Made by a program: the position numbers and the translations under genes | Source: Mycobacteriales bacterium | GTDB lineage: Bacteria; Actinomycetota; Actinomycetes; Mycobacteriales; QHCE01 | Reading direction: 5' to 3' | Assembly: GCA_038260095.1 (NCBI GenBank) | Contig: JBBSOC010000001.1 | Location: 952 to 64,951 of the forward strand | Length of the DNA: 64,000 bases | Part shown: positions 46,257-58,240 of the stretch, in pieces | Layout: the number at the start of each line of letters is the position of its first letter | Position numbering within the stretch: the stretch's first letter is position 1 | Notes under the pieces: model-generated | What the model saw: only the letters and a program-made list of their open reading frames with translations | Database searches by the model: none | Told to the model about the DNA's origin: nothing

Positions 46257-46871
46257 CTACTTCTCCTCGCTGAATCCACTGAACGGAAAGCCCAGTGCGC
46301 GTAGCAGCGCTCGACCCTCGTCGTCGGTTTTGGCCGTAGTTACGACCGTAATATCCATGCCGCGTGGGCGGTCGATGGAGTCAATGTTGATCTCGTGGAA
46401 CATCGACTGCTCGGTAAGCCCAAACGTGTAGTTTCCGTTACCGTCGAATTGTTTGGCTGACAAACCACGGAAGTCTCGGATACGCGGCAGCGCCAAGGCA
46501 AGCAAGCGATCCAAGAACTCCCACATCCGGGCGCCGCGCAGAGTGGATTTAGCGCCGATCACCTGTCCTTCGCGCAGCTTGAACTGAGCGATCGACTTGG
46601 TTGCTTTGCGTAGCTGGGGCTTCTGACCAGTAATAACGGTTAGATCAGAGATAGCACCGCCGATGAGCTTGGCGTCACGCGCAGCCTCGCCTACACCCAT
46701 ATTGACCACAATTTTGGTCACAGTGGGTACCTGCATTACATTGACGTAGCCAAACTGCTTAGTCAACGCTGGGACAATCTCTTCAACATAACGCAGCTTT
46801 AACCGAGGAGCAGGAATGTCCTGCGCTGAGTGCTGGTCGGTTTTGGAGTCGGATACGGCTGTGGGGGCCAT
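46257..46871 (-). CDS. rplE: 50S ribosomal protein L5
   Basis: ..[21 protein letters not shown]...[11 protein letters not shown].. Confidence 0.9.
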   Translation of the reverse strand: MAPTAVSDSKTDQHSAQDIPAPRLKLRYVEEIVPALTKQFGYVNVMQVPTVTKIVVNMGVGEAARDAKLIGGAISDLTVITGQKPQLRKATKSIAQFKLREGQVIGAKSTLRGARMWEFLDRLLALALPRIRDFRGLSAKQFDGNGNYTFGLTEQSMFHEINIDSIDRPRGMDITVVTTAKTDDEGRALLRALGFPFSGFSEEK

Positions 46872-47218
46872 CAGTCAATGTCCTTACCGTCGTTACGCGC
46901 CACACGAATCTTCTTGGTCCGTGTGACGCCTGCTGCGTCCTGTACTTCTTCAAAGCGGTAGCCCACCCGAGTGGGCTTGCCGTTAGGTCCGACCACCATG
47001 ACATTGCTTACCTGAATCGGTGCTTCCTGAGTAATGATGCCGCCGTTCTTGGAGCCCCGTTGGGTAGTTGCCACCTTGGTGTGCTTGGTGATGAAATTGA
47101 CACCCTCGACAATCACTTTGCCGCGTTCTGGGTAAGCCACCAGTACCGTGCCCCTGGCTCCTTTGTCCTTACCCGCGATGACCTCGACGGCGTCGCCCTT
47201 TTTAACCTTCATGCTCAC
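46871..47218 (-). CDS. rplX: 50S ribosomal protein L24
   Basis: [21 protein letters not shown].. Confidence 0.9.
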   Translation of the reverse strand: MSMKVKKGDAVEVIAGKDKGARGTVLVAYPERGKVIVEGVNFITKHTKVATTQRGSKNGGIITQEAPIQVSNVMVVGPNGKPTRVGYRFEEVQDAAGVTRTKKIRVARNDGKDID

Positions 47219-47583
47219 AACACCTCCGGCGCGAGCGAAATAATCCGCATGAACTTCTTGTCGCGCAGCTCACGGCCGACTGGGCCGAAGATGCGAGTCC
47301 CTCGAGGATCTCCACCATCTTTAATCAGCACAGCGGCGTTCTCGTCAAACCTGATGTAAGAACCATCGGGACGACGGCGTTCCTTCACAGTACGCACAAC
47401 AACCGCCTTGACCACATCACCGCGCTTGACTGCGGCACCGGGTATAGCGTCCTTAACGGTGCCAACCACAATGTCGCCAATACCGGCGTACCGCCGGCCA
47501 GACCCACCGAGCACACGGATACATAAGATCTCTCGGGCACCCGTATTGTCCGCGACTCGCAGCCGCGACTCCTGCTGAATCAT
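47215..47583 (-). CDS. rplN: 50S ribosomal protein L14
   Basis: [28 protein letters not shown].. Confidence 0.95.
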   Translation of the reverse strand: MIQQESRLRVADNTGAREILCIRVLGGSGRRYAGIGDIVVGTVKDAIPGAAVKRGDVVKAVVVRTVKERRRPDGSYIRFDENAAVLIKDGGDPRGTRIFGPVGRELRDKKFMRIISLAPEVL

Positions 47584-47596
47584 TTCCTACCCGCCT

Positions 47597-47902
47597 TCAC
47601 TGTGCTTTTTCGAGAATCTGCACGACTCGCCAGCGCTTGGTGGCCGACAGCGGCCGGGTTTCCATCAGTGAGACTCGGTCGCCCAGGCCACACTCGTTGT
47701 TTTCATCGTGCGCCTTGAATTTCTTGCTGCGGCGCATGACCTTCTTGTACAACCGGTGCTTGACCCGATCTTCAACCTCGACAACCACTGTCTTATTCAT
47801 TTTGTCACTGACTACATAACCCTCGCGGACCTTCCGGTTCGCGCGAGACTCAGAGTTGTCAGGCTTTGGCTGTACAGCTTTAGCGCTCGCCGTGGTACTC
47901 AC
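47597..47902 (-). CDS. rpsQ: 30S ribosomal protein S17
   Basis: ..[32 protein letters not shown].. Confidence 0.9.
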   Translation of the reverse strand: MSTTASAKAVQPKPDNSESRANRKVREGYVVSDKMNKTVVVEVEDRVKHRLYKKVMRRSKKFKAHDENNECGLGDRVSLMETRPLSATKRWRVVQILEKAQ

Positions 47903-48264
47903 GCGTTCACCTCTTCCTTGGTCTCAGCTTTGACTGAACCTTTCGGCACTGAGCTACCTGACTCAGAGTCGCTGCTCGGCTGTTCAGCCTTCTTAGTAGT
48001 GCTTTCTGCTTGCTTGGGTAGGGCAGTTGGTCCAACCGCTACAGGGGCGACAGCGATCCCTAGCTCGCGCTCTCGCAGTACAGTGTAGATGCGGGCGATA
48101 TCGGTCCGCACCACACGTAGCCGGTGGTTGCTCTGCAGCTGGCCAGTCGCCGATTGGAATCGGAGATTAAACAACTCTTCTTTGGATTCGCGAAGCTTAG
48201 TAGAGAGCTCGTCGTCGGCAAGCTCGCGCAGCTGCGCAGCCGCCTGATTTGGGCCGCTTGGCAT
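47899..48264 (-). CDS. rpmC: 50S ribosomal protein L29 (long Ser/Lys/Glu-rich C-terminal extension)
   Basis: ..[32 protein letters not shown].. Confidence 0.85.
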   Translation of the reverse strand: MPSGPNQAAAQLRELADDELSTKLRESKEELFNLRFQSATGQLQSNHRLRVVRTDIARIYTVLRERELGIAVAPVAVGPTALPKQAESTTKKAEQPSSDSESGSSVPKGSVKAETKEEVNA

Positions 48265-48689
48265 CAGACCTCACCTATTTCTCGCTGCACGATCCGACAC
48301 TTGATGGGCAGCTTGTGAATTGCCCGAGTCAAAGCAGTGCGAGCAACCTGATCGTTGGGAAACGACAGCTCAAACATGACCCGGCCGGGCTTAACGTTGG
48401 CTACCCACCATTCCGGTGAGCCTTTACCGGAACCCATGCGCGTCTCGGCAGGCTTCTTAGTCAACGCATGATCGGGGAAGATCGTGATCCACACCTTACC
48501 CCCACGACGGATGTGTCGCGTAATGGCAATACGGGCGGATTCGATCTGCCGGTTGGTGATGTATGCCTGTTCTAACGCTTGAATGCCGTATTCACCGAAC
48601 GATACTTTCGTGCCGCCCTTAGCTTTTCCAGCCCGCTTAGGCTTATGTGGCTTGCGAAACCCCTTCGGGGGGCGTTTTGGTGACAGCAT
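48264..48689 (-). CDS. rplP: 50S ribosomal protein L16
   Basis: [16 protein letters not shown]..; start set to ATG 48689. The upstream 86 codons of the listed ORF overlap rpsC. Confidence 0.9.
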   Translation of the reverse strand: MLSPKRPPKGFRKPHKPKRAGKAKGGTKVSFGEYGIQALEQAYITNRQIESARIAITRHIRRGGKVWITIFPDHALTKKPAETRMGSGKGSPEWWVANVKPGRVMFELSFPNDQVARTALTRAIHKLPIKCRIVQREIGEV

Positions 48690-48690
48690 G

Positions 48691-49566
48691 TCAGCCCTCC
48701 TGAACTGCGGTCGTAGCTTGACCAGCACCGGCCAGTGCCGCCTCAGGCACCGGCGCGACGGGGGTCGAAGTAGGTCCTGATTCTGGCTCGACAGCTGGAC
48801 GCGCGCTAGACGGGCTTGATTGACTAGATAGACTTGATTGACTAGATAGACTGCGATCGGCTGGCTTGCGACGGCTGTTACGGCGCTGCTGCTGCGCGAT
48901 CCGTGCCGTGGCCTCAGCCGCCTCACGCTCAGCGCGACTACGCACAATGTCGCCCTTGTAGATCCAGACCTTTACCCCAATACGACCAAATGTGGTTCGT
49001 GCCTCATAAAAACCGTAGTCGATATTCGCCCGTAGTGTGTGCAGCGGTACTCGGCCTTCACGGTAAAATTCCGAACGGCTCATCTCCGCTCCGCCAAGAC
49101 GACCGGCGCATTGCACCCGGATACCTTTTACGCCTGGGCCGCGCATTGCGGATTGCATGGCTTTCCGCATAGCGCGCCGGAAGCTCACCCGGCTGGATAG
49201 CTGCTCGGCAACACCTTGCGCTACTAGCTGAGAATCAGATTCGGGGTTTTTGACTTCGAGGATATTGAGCTGTACTTGCTTACTCGTAAGCTTTTCCAGC
49301 TCGCCTCGAATCCGGTCGGCTTCAGCGCCGCGGCGCCCAATCACGATGCCAGGACGCGCCGTATGGATATCCACGCGTACCCGGTCGCGGGTGCGCTCAA
49401 TCTCGACACGGGAGATGCCGGCACGTTCCATGCCGCTGCCGAGCATGCGGCGAATGCCCACGTCTTCGGCCACGTAAGCGGAGTACAGCTTGTCGGCGTA
49501 CCAACGAGATTTCCACTCGGTGGTGATACCTAGGCGAAACCCGTACGGGTTGACTTTCTGGCCCAT
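48691..49566 (-). CDS. rpsC: 30S ribosomal protein S3 (C-terminal extension with in-frame 18-bp x2 repeat)
   Basis: [24 protein letters not shown]..; repeat at 48815-48850 encodes SLSSQS x2. Confidence 0.9.
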   Translation of the reverse strand: MGQKVNPYGFRLGITTEWKSRWYADKLYSAYVAEDVGIRRMLGSGMERAGISRVEIERTRDRVRVDIHTARPGIVIGRRGAEADRIRGELEKLTSKQVQLNILEVKNPESDSQLVAQGVAEQLSSRVSFRRAMRKAMQSAMRGPGVKGIRVQCAGRLGGAEMSRSEFYREGRVPLHTLRANIDYGFYEARTTFGRIGVKVWIYKGDIVRSRAEREAAEATARIAQQQRRNSRRKPADRSLSSQSSLSSQSSPSSARPAVEPESGPTSTPVAPVPEAALAGAGQATTAVQEG

Positions 49567-50231
49567 TATTTCTGGCCTCCCTCATCCGCGGCAGCGGAAA
49601 TGTTTTGAGTCGCGGCAGCGGAAATGTTGTGAGTCGCGGCAGCGGAGCTAGTTGAATCTGTCGCCTTAGCGGAAGTATCGGATGCCTTTTTCGGAGCCTT
49701 CTTCGTGGTGTGATTGGTGGTTAAACTTTTGACAGAACCCTTGGCGGTGGTAGCTTTGGACGTATCGACTGGGCGCTGAGCGCGGCCTTGACCAGAGCCT
49801 TTGCCGCTCGCGCGAGCACCCCGGCCTGGCTTCGTAGCCTCGACGCTTTCCACCACGACAGTGATATGACAGCTGCGTTTGAGGATCCGGTAGGCGCGTC
49901 CCTGGGCCCGCGGCTGAATTCGCTTGAGAGTGGGGCCTTCATCCACGAATGCACTAGAAACTAGCAGCAGCTCAGGATCGAGTCGCTCGTTGTTCTCAGC
50001 GTTAGCTACAGCGCTGGCCAAAACCTTCGCAATGGGTTGGCTGGCTGCTTGCGGCGCAAAACGCAGCGCGGCCATAGCCTCACTTGTAGTTAAGCCTCGG
50101 ATCAGGTTAATCACCCGTCGCGCTTTCGACGCCGAGATGCGCACAAAACGCGCCTGCGCGAAGGCCCCTGGGGCATCGCCCAGTAGCCGCTCGCGGCGTG
50201 CGTTTGGTCGCTCGCTCTCGATCACTGCCAT
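49566..50231 (-). CDS. rplV: 50S ribosomal protein L22 (C-terminal extension with in-frame 24-bp x2.5 repeat)
   Basis: ..[20 protein letters not shown]..; repeat at 49588-49648 encodes AT(H/Q)NISAA. Confidence 0.9.
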   Translation of the reverse strand: MAVIESERPNARRERLLGDAPGAFAQARFVRISASKARRVINLIRGLTTSEAMAALRFAPQAASQPIAKVLASAVANAENNERLDPELLLVSSAFVDEGPTLKRIQPRAQGRAYRILKRSCHITVVVESVEATKPGRGARASGKGSGQGRAQRPVDTSKATTAKGSVKSLTTNHTTKKAPKKASDTSAKATDSTSSAAATHNISAAATQNISAAADEGGQK

Positions 50232-50316
50232 TGTCTCTCTCTTTTAGTCTCGTGGATCTTCTTGTGAAGCTGTAACTATCGCGCCAGTTAATTGGGTTCG
50301 GTTGAACCCATACGAT

Positions 50317-50598
50317 TTAGCGGCGGGATGACTTGCGGTCTTCCTTATCATGGCCTTTGAACGTTCGGGTAGGTGCAAACTCCCCAAGCTTGTGCCCCAC
50401 CATCGATTCAGCGACAAACACCGGAACATGCTTGCGACCGTCATGCACACCAAGGGTTAGTCCAAGCATGTCCGGAATGATCGTGGAGCGCCGTGACCAA
50501 GTTTTGATGACAGCCTTGGCTTTCGTTGCGATCGCTACCTGCACCTTTTTGAGCAAGTGATCATCAACGAAGGGTCCCTTTTTCACACTGCGTGGCAT
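50317..50598 (-). CDS. rpsS: 30S ribosomal protein S19
   Basis: [19 protein letters not shown].. Confidence 0.95.
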   Translation of the reverse strand: MPRSVKKGPFVDDHLLKKVQVAIATKAKAVIKTWSRRSTIIPDMLGLTLGVHDGRKHVPVFVAESMVGHKLGEFAPTRTFKGHDKEDRKSSRR

Positions 50599-50609
50599 TG
50601 CGTTGTACC

Positions 50610-51446
50610 TCAGCTCTTCTTGCTGCTATTACGGCGGCGAATAATCAACCGATTACTGGGATTCTTCTTACTGCGGGTGCGTCCTTCGGGCTTGCCTTGC
50701 GGGTTCACTGGATGGCGACCACCAGAAGTCTTACCTTCACCACCACCATGCGGGTGGTCTACTGGGTTCATCGCGACACCTCGCACCTTAGGCCGGCGGC
50801 CTTTCCAGCGCGATCGGCCAGCTTTCCCCAGCTTGATGTTGGACTGGTCGGCGTTACCCACTTCACCTACAGTTGCCCGACACACCACCAAGACCTGCCG
50901 AACCTCACCGGAAGGCATCCGCAGCGTGGCATATTTGCCTTCTTTAGCCAGCAGCTGAATGCCGCTACCAGCTGAGCGGGCTAACTTGGCGCCGCCACCG
51001 GGGCGAAGCTCGATCGCATGAATTACCGTACCCACAGGGATATTGAGTAGTGGCAAGTTGTTGCCGACGATGATGTCAGCACCGGAGCCACTCTCCACCA
51101 TAGCGTCTTGAATAAGCCCGCTTGGTGCAATGATGTAACGCTTCTCGCCATCTCGATAATGCAACAACGCAATTCGTGCCGTGCGGTTGGGGTCGTACTC
51201 GATATGGGCGACTCGGGCCGGCACACCATCTTTGTCTGCACGACGAAAGTCGATGAGTCGATACTGCTGCTTGTGACCGCCGCCCTTATGCCGAGCAGTA
51301 ATCTTGCCACGCGCGTTACGACCACCGGTACTGTGCTTGGAACGCAGCAACGACTTTTCCGGCGTATCACGAGTAATCTCGGCGAAATCCGAGACACTCG
51401 CCCCGCGACGACTCGGGGTCGTGGGTTTATAACTACGGATACCCAT
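50610..51446 (-). CDS. rplB: 50S ribosomal protein L2
   Basis: [33 protein letters not shown].. Confidence 0.95.
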   Translation of the reverse strand: MGIRSYKPTTPSRRGASVSDFAEITRDTPEKSLLRSKHSTGGRNARGKITARHKGGGHKQQYRLIDFRRADKDGVPARVAHIEYDPNRTARIALLHYRDGEKRYIIAPSGLIQDAMVESGSGADIIVGNNLPLLNIPVGTVIHAIELRPGGGAKLARSAGSGIQLLAKEGKYATLRMPSGEVRQVLVVCRATVGEVGNADQSNIKLGKAGRSRWKGRRPKVRGVAMNPVDHPHGGGEGKTSGGRHPVNPQGKPEGRTRSKKNPSNRLIIRRRNSSKKS

Positions 51447-51757
51447 TAGGAAACCGGCCCTCCAAACAACTCGATGGTGTTGCCTTCAGCCAGAGTCACC
51501 ACGGCACGTTTGCTGTTGTTGCGTTTGCCCCAGCCGGCGCGAGTACGCTTGCGCTTGCCACTCCGGTTGATGGTGTTGACGTTGAGCACAGTGACGTCGA
51601 ACACCTTCTGGACCGCAATTTTGATTTCGGTCTTGTTAGCCTTGGGATCGACGATGAATGTGTACTTGTTATCGCGCTCAACCGCTCCATAGCTCTTCTC
51701 CGAGATGACTGGAGCTAACAACACATCGCGGTGGTCTTTCTGGTGAATGACGCTCAT
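51446..51757 (-). CDS. rplW: 50S ribosomal protein L23
   Basis: ..[11 protein letters not shown]......[21 protein letters not shown].. Confidence 0.9.
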   Translation of the reverse strand: MSVIHQKDHRDVLLAPVISEKSYGAVERDNKYTFIVDPKANKTEIKIAVQKVFDVTVLNVNTINRSGKRKRTRAGWGKRNNSKRAVVTLAEGNTIELFGGPVS

Positions 51758-52509
51758 GCCGTTGCCTCCTGCTTCGAACTGGACGCCTCAGCGACCGCGG
51801 AATTATCAGTTCGCTCGCGACCTGTTGGGGATGCGTCGATATATTGCGAAAGCGCAGTTTTAGTAAATACCACAGCCTCATTCACCATCACGTCGTAGGT
51901 GTTGAGCTGGTCGGAATACAACACATGAACGTTGGGCAGATTTCGTGAGCTGAGTACCGCGGTGTCATCGTCGCGCGTAAGCACAAGCAACACATGCCGC
52001 GCTTGAGTAAGTGCGGCAATCACGGCCCGAGCAGCCTTGGTCGACGGGCTATCGCCAGGCACCAAACGATCAACTACAAAAATCGCGTCATGTCGTGCCC
52101 GGTCTGAGAGCGCGCAGTGCAGCGCAGCGGCTTTCATTTTCTTGGGCGTACGCTGCGAGTAGTCGCGTGGAGTGGGGCCGTGGACTACACCGCCACCAGC
52201 AAACTGGGGGGAGCGAATGGAGCCTTGACGGGCACGACCAGTGCCTTTCTGCCGGTGCGGCTTTACGCCACCTCCGCTGACTTCGCCTCGCGTTTTAGTA
52301 CTGTGTGTTCCCGCTCTCGCCGCCGCCTGCTGTGCTACCACTACCTGGTGAATCAGGGGAATATTGGCATCACGGTCAAACAGCGCGGCGGGTAGCTCTA
52401 TGACTCCGGCTTTATTGCCGGCCGAGTCAAGAACATCGAGCTGTTTTGAGCTACCCGCAGGCTTAACTCGAGTAGCGGTGCGGGCCGAAGTTGTTGCCGT
52501 TGCCATCAT
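51754..52509 (-). CDS. rplD: 50S ribosomal protein L4
   Basis: ..[33 protein letters not shown].. Confidence 0.9.
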   Translation of the reverse strand: MMATATTSARTATRVKPAGSSKQLDVLDSAGNKAGVIELPAALFDRDANIPLIHQVVVAQQAAARAGTHSTKTRGEVSGGGVKPHRQKGTGRARQGSIRSPQFAGGGVVHGPTPRDYSQRTPKKMKAAALHCALSDRARHDAIFVVDRLVPGDSPSTKAARAVIAALTQARHVLLVLTRDDDTAVLSSRNLPNVHVLYSDQLNTYDVMVNEAVVFTKTALSQYIDASPTGRERTDNSAVAEASSSKQEATA

Positions 52510-53171
52510 CGACCGCCTTCGTCAACTGGAACCATCTTTACTGCCGTGCGAACCAATACCAGGCCGCCGCTGGGTCCTGGGATCGCTCCCTTTACCAACA
52601 GCAGACCGCGCTCAGCATCCACTTTGTGCACCGTGAGATTTTGCGTCGTCACACGTGCGTTACCCATTCGCCCGGCCATCCGAAGTCCTTTGAAGACTCG
52701 ACCAGGGGTAGAGCAGCCACCAATGGAACCTGGCGAGCGGTGCTTTGCTTGGGTACCATGAGAGGCGCTCAAGCCGCTGAATCCGTGCCGCTTCATCACA
52801 CCCGCAGTACCCTTACCTTTACTCGTACCGACCACATCGACTTTTTGACCGGCATCAAAGACTTCAACGGTTATCTCTTGACCAAGCTGGTATGACGGGG
52901 CATCCGTTGTACGAAGCTCAACAATATGCCGGCGAGGCGTCACGCTGGCCTTGGCGAACTGTCCGGTAACGGGCTTGCTGACTTTGCGGGGGTCGATCGC
53001 ACCGTACGCCAACGCAACGGCCGGATAACCGTCACGTTCTTGTGAGCGCACCTGGGTAACCACGCACGGCCCAGCTTTAATGACGGTCACCGGGACGACC
53101 CGATTAGCCTCATCAAAGACCTGAGTCATGCCGAGCTTCTCGCCCAGAATGCCCTTGATCTGCCTATCCAT
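52506..53171 (-). CDS. rplC: 50S ribosomal protein L3
   Basis: ..[29 protein letters not shown].. Confidence 0.95.
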   Translation of the reverse strand: MDRQIKGILGEKLGMTQVFDEANRVVPVTVIKAGPCVVTQVRSQERDGYPAVALAYGAIDPRKVSKPVTGQFAKASVTPRRHIVELRTTDAPSYQLGQEITVEVFDAGQKVDVVGTSKGKGTAGVMKRHGFSGLSASHGTQAKHRSPGSIGGCSTPGRVFKGLRMAGRMGNARVTTQNLTVHKVDAERGLLLVKGAIPGPSGGLVLVRTAVKMVPVDEGGR

Positions 53172-53240
53172 GATGCTTTTACGATCCTTACTATGGCTGC
53201 TGCGGTTATCTGCTGGCGCCCTGCGGCTCGGTAATCGGCG

Positions 53241-53567
53241 CTACAGCTTGATCTCGATGTCTACACCTGCGGGCAGATCAATCTGCATCAGTGACTCGAC
53301 GGTTTTTTGGCTTGGGTTGAGAATGTCGATCAGCCGCTTATGCGTACGCATTTCGAAATGCTCCCGACTGTCTTTGTATTTGTGCGGGGAGCGAATAACA
53401 CAGTATACGTTTTTCTCAGTCGGCAGCGGCACTGGACCAACGATCTTGGCGCCCGTGCGGGTAACCGTGTCGACGATCTTGCGCGCCGACGAATCGATGA
53501 TCTCGTGGTCGTAGGCCTTGAGCCGAATGCGGATCTTAGGTTCCGCGGCGGTGGCTTGCCCAGTCAT
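53241..53567 (-). CDS. rpsJ: 30S ribosomal protein S10
   Basis: ..[24 protein letters not shown].. Confidence 0.95.
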   Translation of the reverse strand: MTGQATAAEPKIRIRLKAYDHEIIDSSARKIVDTVTRTGAKIVGPVPLPTEKNVYCVIRSPHKYKDSREHFEMRTHKRLIDILNPSQKTVESLMQIDLPAGVDIEIKL

Positions 53568-53758
53568 TGTGGCGTGCCCTGTCTCTTGAGTTACGTGGAT
53601 GGTGCTCTGCTGTGGTGCTTCTAGTGCTGTCTTGTTTTTTGTCTTGTGCTGCTTAGATCGTCCCCCAGTGAGTGGCTACCAAGGCCGCAGGAGTCGTCGT
53701 GTGCTTATGGCACACAAGACGACGAGAACGCCGGTAGCCGCCCACTGGGGGTGATCCA

Positions 53759-54952
53759 CTACTTCAAAATCTTCGTGACTCGACCAGCACCGACAGTACG
53801 GCTGCCTTCTCGAATCGCAAAACGCAGACCGTCTTCCATCGCGATGGGTTGGATCAACGCAACCGTCATCTCGGTGTTGTCCCCAGGCATGACCATCTCG
53901 GTGCCCTCAGGAAGGGTCACTACACCGGTCACGTCTGTGGTGCGGAAGTAGAACTGCGGACGATAGTTGTTGAAGAAAGGCGTGTGCCGCCCGCCCTCGT
54001 CTTTACTCAGGATGTACACCTGGGCAGTGAAGTCGGTGTGCGGTGTCGTGGTGCCGGGCTTGACGACAACCTGGCCACGCTCAACGTCTTCACGCTTGAT
54101 TCCGCGAAGTAGCAGACCGACGTTCTCGCCAGCGCGAGCCTCGTCGAGCAACTTACGGAACATTTCCACACCGGTGACCGTGGTCTTGGTGCTGCCTTCG
54201 CGGATGCCGACGATCTCGACCTCTTCGTTCACCTTGAGCACACCGCGCTCGGCGCGGCCAGTGACAACGGTGCCGCGACCAGTGATGGTAAAGACGTCCT
54301 CGATGGGCATGAGGAACGGCTTGTCAACATCACGATCAGGCTCGGGGACAGACTCATCAACCGCAGCCATCAGCTCGATGATCTTCTCGCCCCACTCGGC
54401 GTCGCCCTCAAGCGCTTTGAGCGCTGAGACACGCACCACCGGAGCGTTGTCGCCATCGAACTCCTGTGAACTCAGGAGCTCACGTACTTCCAGCTCGACA
54501 AGCTCGAGGATCTCCTCGTCGTCCACCATGTCAGCCTTGTTTAGCGCCACCAAGATGTAAGGCACACCCACCTGACGGGCAAGCAGCACGTGCTCACGGG
54601 TCTGTGGCATGGGACCATCCGTGGCCGATACCACCAAGATGGCACCATCCATCTGGGCTGCGCCGGTGATCATGTTCTTGATGTAGTCGGCGTGACCTGG
54701 TGCGTCTACGTGGGCATAGTGCCGCTTTTCGGTCTGGTACTCAACATGGGAAATGTTGATCGTGATACCACGAGCCTTTTCCTCCGGTGCCTTGTCGATC
54801 TGGTCGAAAGGCGTGAAGGGATTAACGTCGGGGTACTTGTTGTGCAAGACCTTGGTGATAGCAGCCGTCAGCGTCGTCTTGCCATGGTCGACATGGCCGA
54901 TGGTGCCGATGTTGACGTGCGGCTTGTCCCGCTGGAACTTCGCCTTCGCCAT
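53759..54952 (-). CDS. tuf: Elongation factor Tu
   Basis: [27 protein letters not shown]..; start set to ATG 54952. Confidence 0.95.
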   Translation of the reverse strand: MAKAKFQRDKPHVNIGTIGHVDHGKTTLTAAITKVLHNKYPDVNPFTPFDQIDKAPEEKARGITINISHVEYQTEKRHYAHVDAPGHADYIKNMITGAAQMDGAILVVSATDGPMPQTREHVLLARQVGVPYILVALNKADMVDDEEILELVELEVRELLSSQEFDGDNAPVVRVSALKALEGDAEWGEKIIELMAAVDESVPEPDRDVDKPFLMPIEDVFTITGRGTVVTGRAERGVLKVNEEVEIVGIREGSTKTTVTGVEMFRKLLDEARAGENVGLLLRGIKREDVERGQVVVKPGTTTPHTDFTAQVYILSKDEGGRHTPFFNNYRPQFYFRTTDVTGVVTLPEGTEMVMPGDNTEMTVALIQPIAMEDGLRFAIREGSRTVGAGRVTKILK

Positions 54953-55010
54953 TGGATCCTCCTGATACGCGTTACGGATATGAAAATCTGTACTTCCGGG
55001 CACTGTTGCT

Positions 55011-55144
55011 TATGGCTCGGCTTGGACTCGAGCCCTGCTTCGCTCGATGCTCACTCCCCCGTCGCCTTCTATACCTATGGCTCGGCTTGGCCTCGCTCCT
55101 CGCCTCGCTTCACTACGCTCGATGCTCACTCGCCCGTCGCCTTC
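55011..55144. repeat. ~65-bp tandem duplication that copies the last codons, stop and 3' flank of fusA
   Basis: TATGGCTCGGCTTGG..GCTCGATGCTCACTC(C/G)CCCGTCGCCTTC occurs at 55011-55069 and again at 55076-55144. Confidence 0.75.
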
Positions 55145-57228
55145 GCAATAATCTCTTTCGCGACGTTGCCAGGAACCTCGGCGTAAGAGTCAAACTGCAT
55201 AGAGTAACTTGCGCGACCCTGGGTCTTCGACCGCAGATCACCGACGTAGCCAAACATTTCCGACAAAGGCACAAGCGCTTTGACGACGCGGTTGGCACCG
55301 CGCTCCTCCATGGCTTGAATGATGCCGCGGCGGGAGTTGAGGTCGCCGATGACATCACCCATGTTGTCTTCTGGGGTGGTGACTTCGACAGCCATCATCG
55401 GTTCGAGTAGCGCAGGGCTAGCTTTACGGGCCGCGTCCTTAAGCACCATCGAACCAGCGACTTTGAATGCCATCTCCGAGGAGTCAACCTCGTGGAACTG
55501 GCCATCGACCAGCTCCAGCCTGACACCGACCAGCGGATAGCCGGCCAGAACACCGTACTGCATGGCATCTTTGGCGCCTGCGTCCACCGACGGAATGTAC
55601 TCCCGCGGGATACGCCCACCGGTGACTTTGTTGACGAATTCGTATTCGAGGCTCTCGGCTGCCTGCGGAATCGGCTCAATGTTCACCTTTACCTTGGCGA
55701 ATTGGCCGGCACCACCGGTCTGCTTCTTGTGGGTGTAATCCACACCTTCGACCCGCTTGCGAATAGTCTCGCGGTAGGCAACCTGTGGTTTACCCACGTT
55801 CGCCTCGACGCTGAACTCTCGCTTCATGCGATCGACCAGCACCTCTAAGTGAAGCTCACCCATACCCTCGATGATGGTCTGACCGGTATCGATGTCACTG
55901 TGCACCTTGAAGGTGGGGTCTTCTTCGGCAAGCTTGCCGATGGCGATACCCAGTTTTTCTTGGTCACTCTTCGTCTTGGGCTCGATGGCCACCGAGATTA
56001 CCGGGGCCGGGAACGTCATCGACTCCAGCAGGATGGGCTTGGCCGCATCACACAGCGTCTCACCGGTGGTAGTCTGCTTCAGACCGGCCACCGCGACGAT
56101 ATCACCGGCACCGACACTGGCGAGTTCTTCCCGCTTGTTGGCGTGCATCTGGTAGATCTTGCCGATGCGCTCTTTGCGGTTCTTGCTGGCGTTAAGAACT
56201 TGCGTTCCATTATCCAAGCGCCCGGAGTACACCCGAACGTATGTGAGCTTGCCAAGGTGCTGGTCGGTCTGGATCTTGAACGCCAGCCCGGCGAAGGGCT
56301 CGGACTGGTCGGCGTGCCGAGTCAGCGGCGTAGCACCGTCGACAGAGGTTCCTTCTACCGCCTCGATATCCAGCGGGCTGGGCAGGTAGTCGATCACGGC
56401 GTCGAGCATGGGCTGCACGCCCTTGTTTTTGAATGCCGAACCACACAGAACGGGGTTGAGGTTGCCGGCAATAGTGGCGCGACGAATTCCGGCACGGATC
56501 TCCTCTACCGAAAGCGTGTCACCGGCAAGGTACCGCTCCATCACCGCATCGTCGTTTTCGGCGAGGGTCTCGATCAGCTTCTCGCGGTACTCCTCGGCCT
56601 GATCCTTGAGCTCGGCTGGTACCTCTTCGACGACATAGTCCTCGCCGATCGCGGTCTCACCACGCCAGGTTAGGGCACGCATGCCGACCAGGTCGACCAG
56701 GCCCAGGAAGCCGCCTTCGGCACCGATGGGCAGCTGAAGCACCAACGTTGTAGCCCCGAGGCGGTCTTGCATCATCTGAACACAGCGAAGGAAATCGGCA
56801 CCGGTGCGGTCGAGCTTGTTCACGAAACACATTCGAGGCACGTTGTACTTGTCGGCCTGCCGCCACACCGTCTCAGTCTGCGGCTCCACACCGGCGACGC
56901 CGTCATACACAGCGACTGCGCCATCGAGCACACGCAGCGAACGCTCCACCTCGACGGTGAAGTCCACGTGACCCGGGGTGTCAATGATGTTGATGGTGTG
57001 GTCTTTCCACTGACACTTAGTGGCAGCGGAGGTGATGGTGATTCCCCGCTCTTGCTCTTGCTCCATCCAGTCCATGGTGGCTGCGCCATCGTGGACTTCA
57101 CCAATTTTGTAGTTGATTCCGGTATAGAACAGAATGCGCTCGGTCGTGGTCGTTTTGCCCGCGTCGATATGCGCCATGATCCCAATGTTGCGGACCCTAG
57201 CGAGGTCGGTGATGGGCTTGTCAGCCAC
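55126..57228 (-). CDS. fusA: Elongation factor G
   Basis: ..[25 protein letters not shown].., 700 aa. Confidence 0.95.
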   Translation of the reverse strand: MADKPITDLARVRNIGIMAHIDAGKTTTTERILFYTGINYKIGEVHDGAATMDWMEQEQERGITITSAATKCQWKDHTINIIDTPGHVDFTVEVERSLRVLDGAVAVYDGVAGVEPQTETVWRQADKYNVPRMCFVNKLDRTGADFLRCVQMMQDRLGATTLVLQLPIGAEGGFLGLVDLVGMRALTWRGETAIGEDYVVEEVPAELKDQAEEYREKLIETLAENDDAVMERYLAGDTLSVEEIRAGIRRATIAGNLNPVLCGSAFKNKGVQPMLDAVIDYLPSPLDIEAVEGTSVDGATPLTRHADQSEPFAGLAFKIQTDQHLGKLTYVRVYSGRLDNGTQVLNASKNRKERIGKIYQMHANKREELASVGAGDIVAVAGLKQTTTGETLCDAAKPILLESMTFPAPVISVAIEPKTKSDQEKLGIAIGKLAEEDPTFKVHSDIDTGQTIIEGMGELHLEVLVDRMKREFSVEANVGKPQVAYRETIRKRVEGVDYTHKKQTGGAGQFAKVKVNIEPIPQAAESLEYEFVNKVTGGRIPREYIPSVDAGAKDAMQYGVLAGYPLVGVRLELVDGQFHEVDSSEMAFKVAGSMVLKDAARKASPALLEPMMAVEVTTPEDNMGDVIGDLNSRRGIIQAMEERGANRVVKALVPLSEMFGYVGDLRSKTQGRASYSMQFDSYAEVPGNVAKEIIAKATGE

Positions 57229-57280
57229 TGTCTTCTCCGTGTCCTAATTTCTATGTGCGTACTACGCGGTTGATATCACT

Positions 57281-57394
57281 TACCGCTGTCACCAGCGGGC
57301 CGTGCCTATGATTACCGCTGTCACCAGCGGGCCGTGCCTATGATTACCGCTGTCACCAGCGGGCCGTGCCTATGATTACCGCTGTCACCAGCGG
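57281..57394. repeat. Perfect 32-bp tandem repeat x3.5; the last partial unit is the 3' end of rpsG
   Basis: TACCGCTGTCACCAGCGGGCCGTGCCTATGAT at 57281, 57313 and 57345, partial at 57377. Each unit holds the hairpin CCGCTG-TCAC-CAGCGG. Confidence 0.95.
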
Positions 57395-57855
57395 TAATGG
57401 GCAAACGCCTTGTTGGCGTCAGCCATTTTGTGAGTGTCTTCACGCTTTTTCACAGCGGCACCAAGGCCGTTGCTGGCATCGATGAGCTCGTTCATCAAGC
57501 GCTCGGTCATGGTCTTCTCGCGACGCGCCCGAGCGAACTGGATCAGCCAACGCAGTCCCAGCGTGGTAGCCCGAATGGGGCGGACTTCCACGGGAACCTG
57601 GTATGTGGCGCCACCCACTCGGCGACTACGCACTTCCAACGTCGGCTTGACGTTGTCTAGTGCACGCTTGAGCGTGGCGGCTGGATCGCTGCCGGTCTTC
57701 TCCTGGCAACCCTCCAACGCTTGATACACGATGCGCTCAGCAAGCTGACGCTTCCCACAAAGGAGGACTTTATTGATCAGCTGAGTAACCAAAGGTGAGT
57801 TGTGTACAGGGTCAGCAACGAGCGGACGCCTGACGGCTGGGCCTTTCCTAGGCAT
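57385..57855 (-). CDS. rpsG: 30S ribosomal protein S7
   Basis: [22 protein letters not shown]. Confidence 0.95.
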   Translation of the reverse strand: MPRKGPAVRRPLVADPVHNSPLVTQLINKVLLCGKRQLAERIVYQALEGCQEKTGSDPAATLKRALDNVKPTLEVRSRRVGGATYQVPVEVRPIRATTLGLRWLIQFARARREKTMTERLMNELIDASNGLGAAVKKREDTHKMADANKAFAHYRW

Positions 57856-57865
57856 TGTCGCTTAC

Positions 57866-58240
57866 CTACCCTTTCTCTTTCTTTGTGCCGTAACGGCTGC
57901 GGGCTTGCTTTCGGCCTTTGACGCCTTGAGTGTCCAGCGAGCCACGAATAATCTTGTAACGGACGCCGGGAAGATCCCTGACTCGGCCCCCACGCACCAG
58001 CACAATGGAGTGCTCTTGCAGGTTGTGACCTTCTCCGGGGATGTAAGCCGTCACCTCGATCTGGCTAGTAAGCCGGACGCGAGCAACTTTACGAAGCGCA
58101 GAGTTCGGCTTTTTGGGCGTAATGGTGTACACACGGGTACACACTCCGCGGCGCTGTGGACTGCCTTTAAGCGCTGCAGTGCTCGCCTTAGAGAGCTTCT
58201 TTTCGCGGCCTTTGCGGACCAACTGCTGAATCGTGGGCAC
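57866..58240 (-). CDS. rpsL: 30S ribosomal protein S12
   Basis: [12 protein letters not shown]....[23 protein letters not shown].. Confidence 0.95.
   Translation of the reverse strand: MPTIQQLVRKGREKKLSKASTAALKGSPQRRGVCTRVYTITPKKPNSALRKVARVRLTSQIEVTAYIPGEGHNLQEHSIVLVRGGRVRDLPGVRYKIIRGSLDTQGVKGRKQARSRYGTKKEKG

Noticed and set aside
48690-48947. 86-codon N-terminal extension of the L16 ORF
   Set aside because: It overlaps the 3' end of rpsC in another frame. Canonical L16 starts [13 protein letters not shown] at 48689, right after the rpsC stop.
55849-56673. 274-aa plus-strand ORF
   Set aside because: It lies entirely antisense to fusA (EF-G), which is unambiguous. This is a high-GC shadow ORF.
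57281-57394. Possibility that the tandem arrays (here, 45803-45931 and 2092-2131) are CRISPR arrays
   Set aside because: The repeats are head-to-tail with no unique spacers, unit sizes are 8-68 bp, and no cas genes are present in the window.
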